A DNA stretch of 63,151 nucleotides, counting the filler, from Octopus bimaculoides (taxonomy: Eukaryota): NCBI RefSeq assembly GCF_001194135.2. It is 8 parts of 7 records of this genome, joined end to end, with 100 filler letters (N's around TTAATTAATTAA, not from the genome) between each part and the next. Parts side by side here need not be neighbours in the genome. Positions count along the whole stretch, not along the records: positions 56,688 to 63,151 come from NC_068985.1; 7 more parts are not named here. One strand, 5' to 3'. The notes beneath the pieces were generated by a model. It ran no database searches and was not told the origin of the DNA. It was given only the letters and a program-made list of their open reading frames with translations. Below are positions 60,246 to 63,151 of this stretch, one piece after another (position 1 is the stretch's first letter; each line of letters begins with the position of its first letter). Made by a program: the position numbers and the translations under genes.

Positions 60246-60568
60246 GTGGAGGCGCAATGGCCCAGTGGTTAGGGCAGCGGACTCGCGGTCATAGGATCGC
60301 GGTTTTGATTCCCAGACCGGGCGTTGTGTGTGTTTATTGAGCGAAAACACCTAAAGCTCCACGAGGCTCCGGCAGGGGATGGTGGCGAACCCTGCTGTAC
60401 TCTTTCACCACAACTTTCTCTCACTCTTACTTTCTGTTTCTGTTGTGCCTGTAATTCAAAGGGTCAGCCTTGTCACACTGTGTCACGCTGAATATCCCCG
60501 AGAACTACGTTAAGGGTACATGTGTCTGTGGAGTGCTCAGCCACTTGCACATTAATTTCACGAGCTTA
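60246..60568 (+). mobile_element. tRNA-derived SINE family B
   Basis: Head GGAGGCGCAATGGCCCAGTGGTTAGGGCAGCGGACTCGCGG..GGTTTTGATTCCCAG. The body is shared with 2911-3243 and truncated by a (TG)n tract. Confidence 0.8.
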
Positions 60569-60588
60569 TATGTATATGTGTGTGTGTA

Positions 60589-60620
<32 letters not shown>

Positions 60621-60904
60621 TGTGTGTGTGTGTATGTGTTTGTGTGTGTGGTGTTTTGTATTAAAAAGTAATCTACAGATGTGGTCCAAATGGTTTGTTT
60701 GTTGATCTAAAGCTTTCTCCAATTTCTGATTATTTAAACTTGATTCCTGATAAACTTTCGTTTATTCTGTTCTTACCTGTACTCTACGAGTATAGTGTGT
60801 TTGCATACCCATGCCCAGAGATAACACAGGTAACTAATACTGATTGTAAATACGGATATTTTATCCCTTGGTCGGTTACTATAACCGCTAACTCTGCTTA
60901 CCTT

Positions 60905-60936
<32 letters not shown>

Positions 60937-61977
60937 TACACACACACAAGACAATAGCATGAAATTGAAGTCGGCGATAATGCATATTCAGTTTCAGTAA
61001 TTTTATGTGTACATGTATGTGTGTGTCTGCGCATGCGTGCGCGTGTGTATGTGTTTATGTATATATGCATGCATATTATATATATAGGGAAATGCATTTG
61101 TTGCAAACACATATTGCAGAGATTATATGCAGAGGTTGAGGGTAATAACACATGGTGGGGCCATAAGTGTGGTATGATAAAAGACATTTACATATATTTA
61201 TATATGCACATTGCTGTTTCGTCTCGGTCTCTCGCTGATACACCAATAATAATAGCTACGAAAGAAACAACAACAGCTGTCCATGGGCGGTGTTCAGTTA
61301 AAAACAAGTAAACGCTGTAAAAATGATCTCAACAAAACCGACCAAAAGAGAAAGAACGGTGGACAGATAATGATAAATACTATGAAATAGTTGATTTATG
61401 ATTTACACACTACTATGCAACACTCCTCCAAAAACATACAGGAATAAACTCATACCGTAAATACCCAACAAAATGAAGAAAGCCTACAATATGTGCCATA
61501 GAAGGCCGCTACTCGACAGACGAACACAACGTGCGCTGCATGTACAACACACAATACAAAAACCAATACAACAGAAGACTCAAACGAAATCCCCTAACAA
61601 AATATACTGATACAATTCAATATCAACCACAACCAAACAAAAATGCAGCACATACTACCCTATCAGTACAGAGGTGCAACAAATGATGCAATAGAAAGTT
61701 GTTTGAAACGATCAGATGTCAAAAAATACTAATGGTGATGACATTGGTGATGAGCGTTACCTTACCTCAGTTTATGAGAGACAGGAGTTTCCTAAGAAAC
61801 TCCGGTGTAACAGTGAAAATGAAGCTGGACCTTTATGGGAAAGCCCCTCGGTCAGCAGTGGTTCAGCAAAAATGCAGACTGGCCACAGCTGTTATCCTAG
61901 TCAGTAGATAAGAGAGTATGGAGGAAGAAGTGAACCAGGATAGTGATACAGGGCTACTTAGAAAGTGAACTTAAAAG

Positions 61978-62210
61978 AAGGAGCTATAGAAAACGGATAC
62001 TCTTTTACTCTTTTACTTGCTTCAGTAATTTGACTGTGGCCATGCTGCAGCACCGCCTTTAGTCGAGCACATCGACCCCAGAACTTATTCTTTGTAAGCC
62101 TAGTACTTATTCTATTGGTCTCTTTTGTCCAACCGGTAAAATACGGGGACGTAAACACACCAGCATCGGTTGTCAAGCGATGTTGGGGGGACAAACACAA
62201 GCACACACAC

Positions 62211-62303
<93 letters not shown>

Positions 62304-62503
62304 AATATATAGATAGAAAAGACAACAAAAGAAAGAAAGAGACCTCGATATTATGTAAATAGAGGAATTTATCTGTAGATATATATATATATAGATGGCT
62401 ATATATATATACATATATTCGACGGGCTTCTTTCAGTTTCCGTCTATCAAATTCACTCACAAGGCTTTGGTTGGCCCGAGGCTATAGTAGAAGACACTTG
62501 CCC
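61978..62503 (-). mobile_element. SINE family A with an expanded internal microsatellite, head truncated
   Basis: Reverse complement of the family A tail and body. The internal (CA)n/(TA)n region spans ~62185-62418. Confidence 0.85.
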
Positions 62504-62924
62504 TGCGCCTAGGTAGAGCTATTAAATAACGGTGTCCTCTGGTAAGTATAATCGATATTCATCTAATCAATGTTGATCATTTCCTCAAATATTTGAAGGC
62601 AGGAACTGAATCAGTAAACTATTGATTCTTTTAAATACATAATTATATATTAATACATGTATTTATGTATTGAAAAACAAGCTACCATTAACTGAGACTG
62701 CTAGAAATAGCAGTCAAAATTCCACAAAGTATGTTCAGTTATATATGAGAAAGAAAAAGAAGGCGAAGGAGAAGAAAAGAGAAATAAAATGACAAATTGG
62801 ATTGTGTAGTCTTAGATATACCAAGTCATGAAAGAAAAGGTAGATTGCCATGACTGGAGCGCCTTTCATTCGGATTGAACTTAGGACTAAACAGAAACGG
62901 CAACAAGTGTACTTGTTACACGCA

Positions 62925-62959
<35 letters not shown>

Positions 62960-63151
62960 ACCTACTCGCGCACAAACGCACGTAAACGCATACACACACA
63001 TACACACACAGACACAAGCACATATATATATTTATATATTAAATATGATACAGAGGCGAGAAAGAGAGAGAAAGGTAGAGGGAGAGAGGGGGACAGGGAG
63101 AGAGAGAGGGAGAGAAAGAGGGAGAGAGAAAGAGGGGGAGAGAAAGAGGGG

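Noticed and set aside
61716-61911. Two overlapping 63-70-codon ORFs
   Set aside because: No recognisable homology, no polypyrimidine tract and no donor. ORFs this short are expected by chance.

Overview
Repeat-dense eukaryotic DNA from a gapped draft assembly. The microsatellite load and SINE/LINE families suggest a coleoid cephalopod, most likely Octopus (inference, not verified). About a fifth of the window is N, and seven 100-bp spacers (44N-TTAATTAATTAA-44N) are artificial joins, so long-range adjacency is uncertain. Only three host coding exons are well supported, all on the + strand. Two phase-compatible exons (9068-9741, 9945-10411) encode part of a large extracellular FN3/Ig-like repeat protein. 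One 133-bp exon missed by the ORF track (42632-42764) encodes the outer pore and S6 helix of a TRPM channel. The rest is mobile DNA: Penelope-like (GIY-YIG) remnants, RLE-type R4/Dong-like LINEs sitting in (TAA)n tracts, Tx1/L1-like LINEs, a Gypsy integrase remnant, mariner and pogo remnants, a MITE, a probable non-autonomous Helitron, and several tRNA-derived SINE families. The most interesting signals are: (i) a scattered set of minimal type I hammerhead ribozymes of the Penelope type, from apparently intact (419-494, 56536-56581) to decayed; (ii) a stack of retroelements nested at (TAA)n tracts next to the TRPM exon; (iii) a two-copy, ~517-bp non-coding element with identical ends embedded in (TAA)n; and (iv) a speculative HDV-like fold upstream of the longest R4-like LINE. 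All structures and translations were read by eye; no searches or folding programs were run.
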